Source: the human T2T-CHM13v2.0 reference genome, Homo sapiens. From it: a stretch of DNA of 64,000 bases. Both the position numbers and the translations under genes were made by a program. Below the pieces are notes generated by a model. The model made no database searches and was not told the DNA's origin. It worked only from the letters and a program-made list of their open reading frames with translations. The stretch is from the NCBI RefSeq assembly GCF_009914755.1, contig NC_060944.1. One strand, given 5' to 3'. Positions 16,140 to 29,943 of the stretch are shown in pieces; position 1 is the stretch's first letter; every line of letters starts with the position of its first letter.

Positions 16140-16325
16140 TCTAGAAGCTGAAAATGGCTTCTCCCTAGAACCTCCAGAAAAGAACACAGCCCTGCTGATC
16201 CTTGATTATAGCCCAATGAGATACATTTCAGACTTCTGGCCTCCAGAATGGGAAGATAATACAATAGTGTTGTTTTAGTCTATGAAACTTTTAGTGAAGT
16301 GTTAGAGCAGCTCTGGGAAATGACC
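16140..16325 (+). mobile_element. MLT1 (MaLR) LTR 3' part
   Basis: ctccctagaacctccag, cagccctgctga, cagacttctggcctccagaa. Confidence 0.8.
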
Positions 16326-16419
16326 AGCATAACTGAGGCACTGGGCAAGTTGATTACTTTTCTGGATTCCCTTTTCTTTTCATTTGTAAACTCGTATAAT
16401 CTAAGGGAAGTGTGTATAT

Positions 16420-17460
16420 TTCCTTACCGTCTTTTACCATCACGTGACAACAAGTTGGTGCAAAAATTCTTCTTTGATTGCAACACTGGGTAGAATAAAA
16501 AAACAAAAACTATGTAAAACAGAAAATCGGTTCTTGCAAAAAGGAAGCAAATTGAAACATAGAACGTTTGAGTTTCATTTAGAATTGTAAAAGCATGGCA
16601 TTCCAATGCTCTCCTCCCATGAGCATCTGCAAACTACGGCGCCGAGCTAGGAGAACAGAGTCTCCCGTTCTACATTTCAAATGTGAGCACAGTCTGTCAA
16701 AGGTAAATCACATACTTCCATCGGCTGGCATTTTTCGAAAGATCAATTATGTACTGACATCTCCGTGCATATAGGCACAGGATTATTTACAGCCACCACG
16801 CGAGGCTGAGACGTAGTGAGAATCTGGCCCTAAGCACAGTACAGAAATTCATATTCAGACGGCTGAGGAACGAAGGCAGTTCTGGAAGCTCAGTGGACTG
16901 TCAGAGCTTCTGCCTTACAGTGGCCGGTGCGTGGTGGAGCTGCCCACACCACAGGTGGCCCTTTCCCGTCCTCTCTTTCCCCTCCCAGATCTGCTGTTAG
17001 TTTCCCAGCCTGGGGCTTCCCACTGCCCACTTCCACCCAGGACGAGGGACGGGAAGGCTCTCAGGGAGCCGCCAAGTCAGTCCAACCCAAACACCTGTCA
17101 GAGAAACTCGGCTCATCAACAGGAGTCCACGTGATGGCTTAAAAACAGTCTGTGCTGGCTCATGACACGCGAGGCATAAATTAAATCATAACTGAGCATG
17201 CTGTTGACAGCACGTGATGACAGGTGTTGTGAATGAGTTGGCGCAGGGGCCACTGCCCTGCCTCGCGACTGTCAGTCATGGCCACTCCTCGCTCCTCTCC
17301 CGCTGAAGGGGATGGCTTGTCTAGCGATGAGGGGAGAGCCATTCGAGGTATCCGGGGTGGGAATTGGCTCGGGCATGTCTCATTCTCCACAGATGGCATC
17401 GGAGCCCCGTGGTGTCAGCGCATCTCCCGCCAGTGGCTGGGCCGAAGCCTCTCTCAGGTG
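16420..17460. promoter_or_regulatory. Repeat-free island with a MEIS/PBX-HOX motif cluster, candidate enhancer
   Basis: Six TGACAG/CTGTCA sites, TGATTTAC and TGATTTAA on the minus strand, CACGTG, CATTCCA; CpGs retained. Confidence 0.5.
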
Positions 17461-17654
17461 TGCAGTCCTGGGGCCCTGGGCCCGTTCACCCATGCAGGGA
17501 GCTCTTCTCCCGGCACCCTAGTGTCCACACCCGTCCCAGGTTCCTCAGCTGCAGTGCACACAGTGAAGGCACCAGCAAAGCAGGGACAGCCAGGAACAGA
17601 GCAAAACCATAGCGAAATGCATTGATGAGCGATATTTCCAAAATCAAAGGTCTC

Positions 17655-18327
<673 letters not shown>

Positions 18328-18559
18328 CTATTTATGTTATGAATGATTACAGTTTTTTGAAATTGCCTATGGCAGAAAAACCGTAGTCCTTAGATTGTTT
18401 CTGAAAATGCCTTCTAGTCTGAGAAACCCCAAACCCAGACTCCACTTCACTTCCATTCTCACTGTCAGGATGGCTTCTCCCTGGGAAACCCGTAAGTCTT
18501 CTCATTCCTTCTTCCCAAACAGCCCCCACTAGGCTGCCTTTCACCAGGCCGCCTTCTAA

Positions 18560-18855
18560 CCCCAACTTTCAGGTCCAATTCCAAAGCTCCCTCTCCCAAG
18601 AGCCCTCCGTGAACGTCCTGGTGAAAACTGGCCTGCCCCGTGGCTACCACGCATCATCCCGCCCATTTTGACCATAGCACTTGTCACAATCTGAAGTTGT
18701 CCTGGTGAAATCTGCGGGCTCATCGTCTTCCACGAAGCCCCTGGATGGCAGGGATCCCACCCAGCTTGCTCGTGACAGTCCCCTACCCTGGCCCTGCACC
18801 TGGCGTGAAGGATAAGCTCTGCGGACGTTCCCGGAGTGAAATGAGTGGATATGTA
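18560..18855 (+). mobile_element. L2 3' end fragment, unusually CpG-rich
   Basis: catagcacttgtcacaatctga...ggcaggga...cacctggc...gagtgaaatgagtggat. Confidence 0.6.
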
Positions 18856-19469
18856 AACCAAACGCGCCCGGGTGCCCTGGGCATCTTCTGTGCCCGACCC
18901 CAGTCATCGCTCCTCTGCTCTGTGCCTTCATGGCAGGATGACCCAAGAGGAGTTGTGACAGCTGTCACAGTGTGTTACTGTCACCACGGGCCAGGTTTCA
19001 CCTTGGGCCACACACGCAGTCCCAGCAGCTCCAACCCGAGATGCGTCTTCTGCTTAGCCTGGGGCTCACTCCAGCCCCAAAGGCTGCATGTCCCTGTGTG
19101 TGGGGAGTTTGCAGGACAGCAGGTACAGGTGGCTGGCTGAGGTTACCTCCTGTCACCATCTCTCCTGCCTTCCCCCGACCCAGCCAACCACAGACTTGGG
19201 ATGGCTGGAATGAACGGAGGGGACTGGTGCAGAGGGGTTTCAGACACCTCAAAAATACTGGAGAGAGGTGGCTGAGCACGGCAATTAGATAGTAATTCCT
19301 CTCCATGCTGCTCGTGAGGCACTGGCAGATATGGACCCTGCTGGAAGCAACCCACAGCCCAGCCTCCAGAAGCTCGCTGTCATGTGGGGCAGGGCTGCAA
19401 GGCCAGACACGTGCTAAGCCTTTTTGCACAAACTGCTTATTTGTTTTTTTCTTCACACTCCATTGAAGT

Positions 19470-19620
19470 AGCTATTCTTATTTTCCCCATATTATGACTT
19501 AAGGAATTGAACCTTGGAGAGGTAACGAGGCTGGCCACGGTCACGCAGGTGCAAGTGGCAGGGAGGCGAGGCAAGGCTTCGAACTCACTTCTCTCAGGCT
19601 GCAAAGCCCGGAATCGAAAC
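19470..19620 (-). mobile_element. MIR SINE
   Basis: ttattttccccatatt...agaggtaacgaggctggccacggtcacgcag. Confidence 0.7.
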
Positions 19621-19841
19621 GACTCCTCTGGGTCCTGCAGCTCCATATTCTCCGAGCCCTGGAACATTCTGAGGAAGAGGGAAATAATCTCCCTTCTGAT
19701 ATCTGCAGGGGACTCTGCCAAAAGTGCCCAGGGAGGAAAGGATGTTCTTGTTTGAGTCTAGAGCACCGCCTCTCACAAGCTTAGTGGAGGAGGAAGTGGG
19801 AGTGGATGTGGGCTAGAGAGACCCTCAGACTCGGGGCTTCT

Positions 19842-19948
19842 TTTTGTTTTTTTTGAGGCAGAGTCTTGCTCTGTCACCCAGGCTGGAGTGCAGTGGCGCA
19901 ATCTAAACTCACTGCTGGGATTACAGGCATGAGCCACCACGCCCGGCC
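19842..19948 (-). mobile_element. Internally deleted mini-Alu (107 bp)
   Basis: Alu 5' 36 nt fused to its 3' ~60 nt plus tail; perfect 17-bp TSD tcagactcggggcttct at 19825-19841 and 19949-19965. Confidence 0.95.
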
Positions 19949-20284
19949 TCAGACTCGGGGCTTCTAAAGCGGAGCTGAGTTTTCTTAACCTGGCAGACAG
20001 TTGCTGGGCAGAGTGCATGTTCAGAGCCCCAAGCTGCGAACCTTTCTCTCTAAGTGTCTTCCCCTGGTATAGAAAAGCAGAAAGCGTTTGCAGGGTAAGA
20101 CCTCCAGATTCCAGTTCAAAATATTTCCTTGGATCTTGCCATTTAAAGCCTCTTAATAGGCACTATCCTACTTCTTTCTCTACCTAAGCAGATTGAGAGG
20201 CCTTGGAGGAGGGGACGCCGTCCACAGACCTAGCTGGAAGGATTATTGATGGATTCAAGGAGGCCACGTGCTTTTAAGTGGGGT

Positions 20285-21225
<941 letters not shown>

Positions 21226-21239
21226 AGGAACTTCTAGAA

Positions 21240-22590
21240 AGTGCTTCCCAAGTGGTAGCAGTGATTGTCCTACTATAACTAGCAGAATGACAGGAAATGG
21301 AGGGTTTCTCGTCTTGACCTCAACAGTGACTACCCTGGTCAAGGAAGCCGGCTGGTTCACATCCCCCACCCCGAGCCGCAACTCAGGACCAGCCCACCCC
21401 ATTCTGGGGAGGGGAAACATTCACAGCTGAACTTCTCTCTCTCCCTGCTGACCCTAGTAAATGAGGAGACTGGACTGGGAGGGGAAAAAAGACTTCAGAC
21501 TGAAAATTAAGAATCACCCTGGCTTATTTTATCACTGGAAGATCACTTCAACAACTTCCTCCAGGAAATTGCAAAGGGAAGTCATTATCCAAGGCGGGGA
21601 GGGGAAGACGGTCCACGTGAAGCGCAGATGCCGCCCCCGTGCAGGGGAGAGTAGGGGCAGGGGCGGGTGTTTACTGGGTCATTTAACCGGGTTTCTATTT
21701 TTTAAAGTTTCCTTTTCTACGACTATTTGTTGACCCTAATTGTTTCCATGCCCATGAGATGCGTCCCTGAACTTCCTCCTGCGGCCTGTCGGTGGGGCCG
21801 GGTGGCTCCCTCTAATTGCCTGTGTTCCTGCCTTTTCCCTCGAGTCTCCAGGGCAGGCCAGTTCCCACATATGCTTCCAGAACCATCTTAATAGAGGGGC
21901 AGCAGCGCCCAGCTGACGACATATGTTTAGCTGCTTGCTGAGGTCGGCCAAGCGTGCAATATCACATTACATGAATGGGGAGGGTCAGGCCCAAACAAGC
22001 TGCTTTTTACAAGCGCTGGCTTAAGGATTTGCTGCTAATAGGGCTAACATGGTGGGGGAGTGGGGGGTGGGTAGCAGGCTTCTTGTCCAGCTCTGCTCTC
22101 TGTCTCCGTTTTGCATTGATTAGAAGGTTTTCGGTCTCCCAGGACAACGCTCTGTTAGAAAACGCCTTTGCAGCTACTGGGGTTCCCGGACCGAGGTGAA
22201 AACGGGGGCCTTGAGCCGGGAAAAATGCGGTCGAGGGTCTCTTGATATGTGGGGCTTCAGGACGCGAGCTGAGAGCCCTGCCGTGAAGAGCCAGCAGCCC
22301 TCTGCCCGCTGGCCGCTGCATTTATGCTCCATTAAGCCCACGCAGGCCCGAGGGGTAGATGGCGGCAAAGCAGAGAAAGACAGGCCAAGGCTGCTTTCAC
22401 CCGGGCCAGTGCCAGTGTAGATGCGGGCAAATGCAAGGCCACCACTCACCTGTTGGGGCCCTACAGCTGCCCGCTGGACCCCAGAATGTGCCTGCACAAA
22501 CTCCACTCCCGAAATCATCACAGGCCCTCCTTGAACCTGAGCCAGCCGAGGGCCTGGAGAACATTCCGGACAGAAATCAAAATGACATTT
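21240..22590. promoter_or_regulatory. Repeat-free, CpG-retaining GC-rich island, candidate enhancer or promoter
   Basis: No TE recognised; many CpGs; GGCGGGG and GGGGCGGG boxes, CACGTG, CAGCTG. Confidence 0.4.
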
Positions 22591-22594
22591 CAGG

Positions 22595-22885
22595 TGCTGG
22601 GTGCCGTGACTCATGCCTGTAATCCCAGTACGTTGGGAGACTGAGGCAGGTGGATCACTTGAGGTAAGGAGTTCGAAACCAGCCTGGCCAATAAGGTGAA
22701 ATGCTGTCTCTACTAAAAATATAAAAAGTAGCCAGGTGTGGGGGTGCGCACCTGTAATCCCAGCTACTGGGGAGGCTGAGGCAGAATTGCTTGAACCTAG
22801 GAGGAGGAGGTTGCAGTGAGCTGAGATCACACTACTGCACTCCAGCCTGAGCAACAGACCGAAATTCTGTCTAAAAAAAAAAAAA
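22595..22885 (+). mobile_element. AluS (Sx/Sz-like)
   Basis: Alu consensus with poly-A tail. Confidence 0.94.
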
Positions 22886-23400
22886 GTGACAATCAGGGTC
22901 CCCTGTCAACAACAGTGAGGACGAAGTCATCTACTGAGCTCTCACTGCATCCATGGACTAACTGATTTAATCTTCACAACACCCAGAGAGGGGAGCACTA
23001 TTATTATGCCCATTTAAAAGCTGAGAACGTAGAGGCAGAACAGTTGAAGTAATTGACCCAAGGTTGGCTTCTATCACAGTACCATTCATGCCTTCTCATG
23101 CAACTGGATATTTAAAAATTTCCTTCCTTCCCTCCCTTTTTCTCTTCCTCCCTTCCTTCCCTCACTGCTTACATTTTTGATATGAAAGCTGCTCTTAGTT
23201 TTTAAAAAAGAAGCCAGTGATACAAAAGTGAGGAAGGTAAGACATCAAAGTGTCCCACACCTGTGCCTTACTCCTCTTAAGCTGCTCATCATTTCATCAG
23301 TATCACGTTCACACACAGTGTTTTTAGTAAGTAAATGTCATGAATTCATTCAACAAACATTCGTTGAGGATTCAGAACATGTAAAGGATTGTGCTATGGG

Positions 23401-23618
23401 GTAGATGTTTCTCAACTTCAGTACTAATGGCATTCGGGGCTGATTAATTCTCTGTCTTGCGGGGCTGTGCTGTGCACTGTGGGGTGTTCTGCCGCATCCC
23501 TGGCCTCTGCTCATCAGATGCCGCAGCACGCACCCCTTAGTTGCGACAACCAAAAATGTCTCCGGACATGGCCACGTGTCCCGTGGAGCCTAATGTCATC
23601 CCTGGATGAGAACCACTG
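23401..23618 (-). mobile_element. MER20
   Basis: tttctcaacttcagtact, gcatccctggcctct, acaaccaaaaatgtctcc, gagaaccactg. Confidence 0.9.
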
Positions 23619-23759
23619 GTCTAGGTGGATAGAGCTGTACGGGGCTCTTCTGCTGAACTTTCCCTTAGCTGTTGCAGAGTGGCGTCCTGAGGCTTAAGCT
23701 CAGACATTCCTAACTCTCACTTTTTACACCAGATTCAAGAGTATGGAGGTGCTAGAACT

Positions 23760-24020
23760 TAGTGAACTCCCCATTAATAGATATTTGGGGCTGTTTCCAT
23801 TTTTTCTGCATAAGAATCAATGTCACAACTGCTTGTTCACACCTGCATCTGCATACACACATCTGAGTATTACTACAGGACAGATTCCAGCAAAATTGCT
23901 GGATCAAAGTATAGGCATTTAAATGTTTGCTATAAAATGTTAACATCCCCTCCCAAAGAGGGTTGTACCGATTCGTCCTCTCACTGAGGACATTTGAGAG
24001 TGCCTGCTAACCGCCCCCTT
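23760..24020 (-). mobile_element. Old L1M fragment
   Basis: atttggggctgtttcca, aaattgctggatcaaag, cccaaagagggttgtacc. Confidence 0.7.
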
Positions 24021-24656
24021 GCTGACAGGGATCAAAGCCATCAGGAAGAGCCCTCCGAAGAACAGAATGAGTTGAATGTGTCAGAGAAAAGAGGTGATCC
24101 CACGTTTCACTCAACGGGGCTCTTAGGTCATTTGTTTGCACTTTGCTTTTAACCTTATTTTTCATGAAATAAACATAATTACTCAAAGTGGCAATTTCAA
24201 AATTTCCAACATGCATAAATAGAGGACTCGCATTTGAACTTCAAAATATTAATGAATAAATTAGAAGCACGTGGGCGGGTCCTAGATTAGTGACCCTGTT
24301 GCAAAGAGAGAGGGCCTGGCAGACTAGCCCAACCTCAGGATTCCTCTGCCATCCCAGGATGCAGGCCAAGCTCTGAGTCCCAGAGACATGTGGATAGCCC
24401 AGGTGCATCATCTCTGAAGGCCATGCAAGGCAGGTTGGGGGCCGTACCCGCAGAGACCTGTGCTCCCCAGAGACAGTGGATGTCCTAAAGAGGACGGCTC
24501 CCTGAGGTCACCCTCCTCACTGTAATAACCTGCTGCTCTTCTGCCTTCAGGTTCCCCTTCCAATGACAAATCTCTGGCTCAGTTTGCATTTCCCCTCTGA
24601 ATTAAATTTGAAGCAAGAAATTATTTTTTTTCTGTTTGAATACAGATAGGAGAGCA

Positions 24657-25055
<399 letters not shown>

Positions 25056-25099
25056 TCAAATGGATAACACTCTGAACATCTATTTTTTTAAAAAAAACT

Positions 25100-26060
25100 A
25101 AATGAGATGAAATTATAGAAATAGCTAAATCATGCATATGGGTGCAACATTTCAAAGGCAAAGAAAAAGTTATAATGAGGGAAGTAAGCTTCCCTCCCTG
25201 CTCCTGTACACCCAGAGGCAACCACTGTTACTATTGGGGTAACCCACATGACATTTCAATATTTACTTGTTTTCCACCAACAAAAATGGCAGTTTCACTG
25301 GATGCAGTGGCTCACACCTATCATCCCAGGATGGCTTGAGCCCAGGAGTTTGAGACCAGCCTGGGCAACATAGGGAGACCTCATCTCCACAAAAGCACAA
25401 AAATTAGCCAGATATGGTGGTACACCATTAGTCTCAGCTACTCAGGAGGCTGAGATGGGAGGATCACTTGAGCCTGGGCAGTCAAGGCTGCAGTGAGCCA
25501 TAATTGTACCACTTCACTCCAGTCTAGGTGACAGAGTAGGAACCTGTCCAAAAAAAAAAATGACAGTTTCATATGATTCAGTCTGTTACTCCCAGTTTCT
25601 CATTTTCTCAGATACTCTGTGTGTATAAATACACACTTAGACAGAATCTTTCTGTTTTCTTTTTTATATAAATTACAGCAAATTATACACACTGTTTTTC
25701 ATCTTGCTTATTTCACTTAACAATGTATCTTGAAGGTAGCTCCATTTTAGTATTTAAAGAAGAGCTTCATTCTCTTTTTAACAGCCACGGAATATTCTGT
25801 TGAATGGATGTGTCACGATCTATTTAGCCAGCCCCCAGTGATGGACAATTAGATTGTTTTCAGTCTCTTTCTACCAAAAACAATGCTGCAATGCCTATCT
25901 TTGTACACACATTATGTCTCACAAGTGGGAGTATGTTTGCGGGATAATAAGTTATTCAAGGTGGAATTGCTGGGCCAAAGGATGTGTGTCTTTTTCATTA
26001 GGAAATCTATTGCCTAATTGTCCTCCATAGACGTTGCGTCAATTCATACCCTGAGTAGAC
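25100..26060 (-). mobile_element. L1ME-like 3' region, interrupted by an AluJ
   Basis: ccagaggcaaccactgtta, ttcacttaacaatgtatcttg, gtggaattgctgggccaaagg. Confidence 0.8.
25298..25560 (+). mobile_element. AluJ-like with a left-arm deletion
   Basis: cccag joined to gatggcttgag; TSD aaaatg(g/a)cagtttca. Confidence 0.9.
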
Positions 26061-26589
26061 TGACAGGTCCAGCTTGACACTGTGCCTGATTTTAAGGTCC
26101 ACAGAGCAATGAATGTTCTCCACGGCTCTGAGATGAGTGGCACTACCGGGGCAGTCTGGGAAATGTGGAGTGTCTAGATAACGTGCCAAGTTTGGCTCTG
26201 TCTCCTCCAAAAGGCAGATAAGGATAGGGAAGTCTCCTCTGCAAAGCAGTCTCTTAGCCTGGAAGGTTGTGGCTGGGAAAAGGAAAGGAGGGGTGTCTCC
26301 ATGTATTGGAGATGAAAGAGGGAAGTTAGGCCCTAAGACCCTCTGGACTCTCTTCTGCTCCCAACCTAGGAAGGGCTGTCACCCCAGAGGCTGTTCAACC
26401 TCAGGTGCCCACTTCACAAGCATTAGGTAAAAGACACTGTTGACACAGTATGTGGCTAATGTGTGTGCCACAGATTGATCATCATCAGGTGGCACGAGTT
26501 TCTGGTCTACCAGCGTGCTCTGGCAAACCAGTTGACCATCATTAGGCTAGGGATGGACAAGCCAGTGGCTGGTCTTGGGAAGCAGTTTA

Positions 26590-27110
26590 GCATGTTTCAA
26601 TATGTTCTTAATTTCTTTAACATTCTCCCTTCAGAAGGTGAAAATGGATTCCCTCCCCTTCAATGTGGGACAGGCTGGATGGTGAAATAATCATCTGTGA
26701 CTTGCAAGACTGACTCATGCAAGGCAATACAGCTTCTGCTGGCTCTCTCCCTCTTGGATTGCCCATTGTGGGAAAAGCCAGCTGCCATGTTGTAAGGACA
26801 CTTAAGCAGCCTGTAGAGGGGCCCACATGGGGAGGAAGTGAAGCTCCTCACCAACCAGCAGCACCAAATTGTCAGTCACCTTGGACATCACCTTGGAAGT
26901 GGATCCTCCAGCCCCAGTCAAGCCTTCAGATGACTGTGGCTTTGGTCAACTTCGTGACTACAACCTCATGAGAGACCCTGAGTCAGAACTGGTCAGCAAA
27001 AGGGCTCCTGTATTTCTAACTCATAGAAACTGGAAGAATATACATGTTTATTGCTGTTTTAGGACACTAAGTTCTGGATAATTTATTGCCCAGTAATAAG
27101 TAACCATACA
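26590..27110 (+). mobile_element. MLT1F-like MaLR solo LTR
   Basis: gccagctgccatgttgtaaggacacttaagcagcc, ttggaagtggatcctccagccccagtcaagccttcagatgactg. Confidence 0.88.
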
Positions 27111-27469
27111 TATGGCCAGGTTGATCAACTTGTGATGAGCCTGTTCTATCTGCTTCTTTGCCTCTACTTCATGTCTCCCAGCCTTGCGAGGAGGGAGAGA
27201 TCCTCTTCAAATGACATGGAAGAGCAGATTCTACATCTTCTATGAGGTCAACATGAAGGAAATGTAGCCCATTACGAGAGGTCAAGAAGGATCCTGAATG
27301 TTCCTCTTCACCTTCACTGCTACCCTGTCACTGCAGGGTGTGGGAGCATTTCATAAGCTCCCTTACCCTCAGCTGTGTCATCTGAAAAATGGGGTGATAA
27401 CCAAAGATGTAGTGTGGGCCCAGATAAGCTCTTCAAGTCCCTTAAAGCATTGAGCACCAGCTTTTATAC

Positions 27470-28256
27470 ATTTTAATTCATTCACGCATCAATCATCCAT
27501 TTATCCACTCAGCAAATTTATGCTAAATGCCTACAATGTTTTAGGTACCATGAGAGGTGCTAGGGATATGAAAGAGAGCAAATCAATATCCCTGTTATCA
27601 AGGGGATCCCAGTCCAATGGGAGAGAAGATGGAGAGATGGACCAGTAACACATGATGTAATACAACTGTGCCAGGGCTGAATGATTACAGTAAGGAGAGC
27701 GGCCCCCTCCCAGGGTGGAGGAGCAGAGACATACAGACTGTGACTCCTGAGTGGGCCCTAAGACCCCTGCCCTGCAGAACCACAAAACCAGGCATAGTGT
27801 TCCAGGTTCTTGATCCAGTGTAAGTGGCAAAAATGGAATCAGAGAAGCTTGGGATATGAGGCTAGACATCCTGATGACCTAGCTGGACATATGCACTAAG
27901 TAAGGTCCAGAGGGAGGAGAACTTGCCCAGGGTTATGCAGATCCTTTCACCCCTTGAACTTGCCCAGTTCATTGCTTCCCCCAGGCCTTTGCACATGAAG
28001 TTCCTCTTTGCCAAGATCACTCCCACCCTATCCCTACTTTCTGGTTCAGAGAGCAGTGAGCTCCTTGTCACCATACAGATCTCTGTTGACATGCTTTCTT
28101 CACAGCAAGGGCGCTATAACGAAGCCTGTCTTTGCCCACACTCTTCAGCCCTGTTTCATTTTTTCATGGCACTTGGACAATCATAATTGTGCTATGTATT
28201 ATATGAGTTTCCCTTCCTGTTTTTGGTCAGCCTTCCTCATTAGAGTGTAAGCTCCA
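27470..28256. mobile_element. L2 fragments (minus ~27470-27900; plus ~27950-28256, truncated)
   Basis: cagcaaatttatgctaaatgcctac...; caggcctttgcacatg...ttagagtgtaagctcca. Confidence 0.65.
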
Positions 28257-28298
28257 CTTACACTCTAATGTAAAAAAAGTAATTTTTGTACTTTTTTT
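28238..28298. repeat. Two adjacent perfect inverted repeats (14-bp and 10-bp stems) at an L2/Alu junction
   Basis: cattagagtgtaag-ctcca-cttacactctaatg; aaaaaaagta-atttttg-tacttttttt. Confidence 0.92.
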
Positions 28299-28423
28299 TT
28301 TTTAGTAGAGATGGGGTTTAATCCCGTTGGCCAGGTTAGTCTCGAACTCCTGACCTCAAATGATCTGCTCGCTTTGGCCTCCCAAAGTGCTGGGATCACA
28401 GGGGTGAGCCACCATGCCTAGCC
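28280..28423 (-). mobile_element. Alu left arm plus linker (right arm lost)
   Basis: Starts at the linker taatttttgta. Confidence 0.9.
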
Positions 28424-28580
28424 AAGATCAACCTTTGAACCACACCAGTCTGGGGGCTTATTCCAGCTCTGCCCCTTACCGGCACTGCCACCTCATCCTC
28501 ACCAAGCCTCAATTTTCTCGTCTATACAATAGGTTTTTTGATGATCAATAAGAGAATCCATACATGTAGAATCCTCTATG

Positions 28581-28910
28581 CAGTATTATCCAATAGAAAG
28601 AGAATGCAAACCACATGTGTGCTTTTAACTTTCCTAATAGCCACACTCAAAACATAAAAAGAAACAGGTGGAACTAATTTTATTATAATTTATTTGGCTC
28701 AAAAGATTATCATTTCAACATGTAATCAATATAAAAATCAGATATTTTACATTTTTTTGGTACTAGGTCTTCAAAATCTGGTGTGTATATTTTACACTGA
28801 CAGCACATCTCAATTCAGACCAGCACACTTCAAATGCTCAAGAGCCACGTGTGGCTAGTAGCTGCCGTATCAGCTCAGTTCTAGTAGCTGCTGTATTAGC
28901 TCAGTTCTAG
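28581..28910 (+). mobile_element. MER33 hAT-Charlie element with a duplicated 3' terminus
   Basis: tccaatagaaa, aaagaaacaggtg, catttcaacatgtaatcaatataaaa, agccacgtgtggctagtagct; 26-bp repeat at 28855-28906. Confidence 0.9.
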
Positions 28911-29276
28911 CATAAGGCTGGGCCCATAAGAAATATGACACAACTATGGATCACTTCTGGCTGCTCTTAACATGGGTACTAGAGAGAAGAAGAGATTCTG
29001 GGTTTTGGAGAGAGATTTCAAACATGGAACCCCCTGAGCTGAAAGCCACCTGGTGATGAGAGTCTGCTCCTTCAGGTCGGTTCTGAAAACTCTGAGGGCT
29101 GCTTGCTCACGGTCTGCATGAAAACCACAAAGAAAAGCAAATAATAGCCCAGCATCCCTCAGGCAGAGCCTCTCCCACAAGATTTAAATTTAAATAATGT
29201 CTACTATGAGTTACACTGAGGGAGTTCCAAATTTCCCAAACCATTGCTACTTAAATGTCATGTCCCCTGCTCATAA

Positions 29277-29681
<405 letters not shown>

Positions 29682-29943
29682 TGAATCCATCTCAGTTCAT
29701 CCAGTCCAGTCTTCCCATTGCTCTGTTGTAGTTAAGGCAGCCACAGGCCAGGCCTGTGGATTGTCAGGGGGGAAAAAGAGGTGGAGAATGGTGCTGAGAC
29801 CAAGGGCTTGGGAGAGCGTGGGTGGAGTCAGGCTGGCTGAGATCACAGACATCACAGTGAACATGTTACAGTCATTACATCTCATGGGGCGTGCTCATCC
29901 GTGCTAACTCAGTAGGTCTTTGCCACAGCTCCACAACATAATG

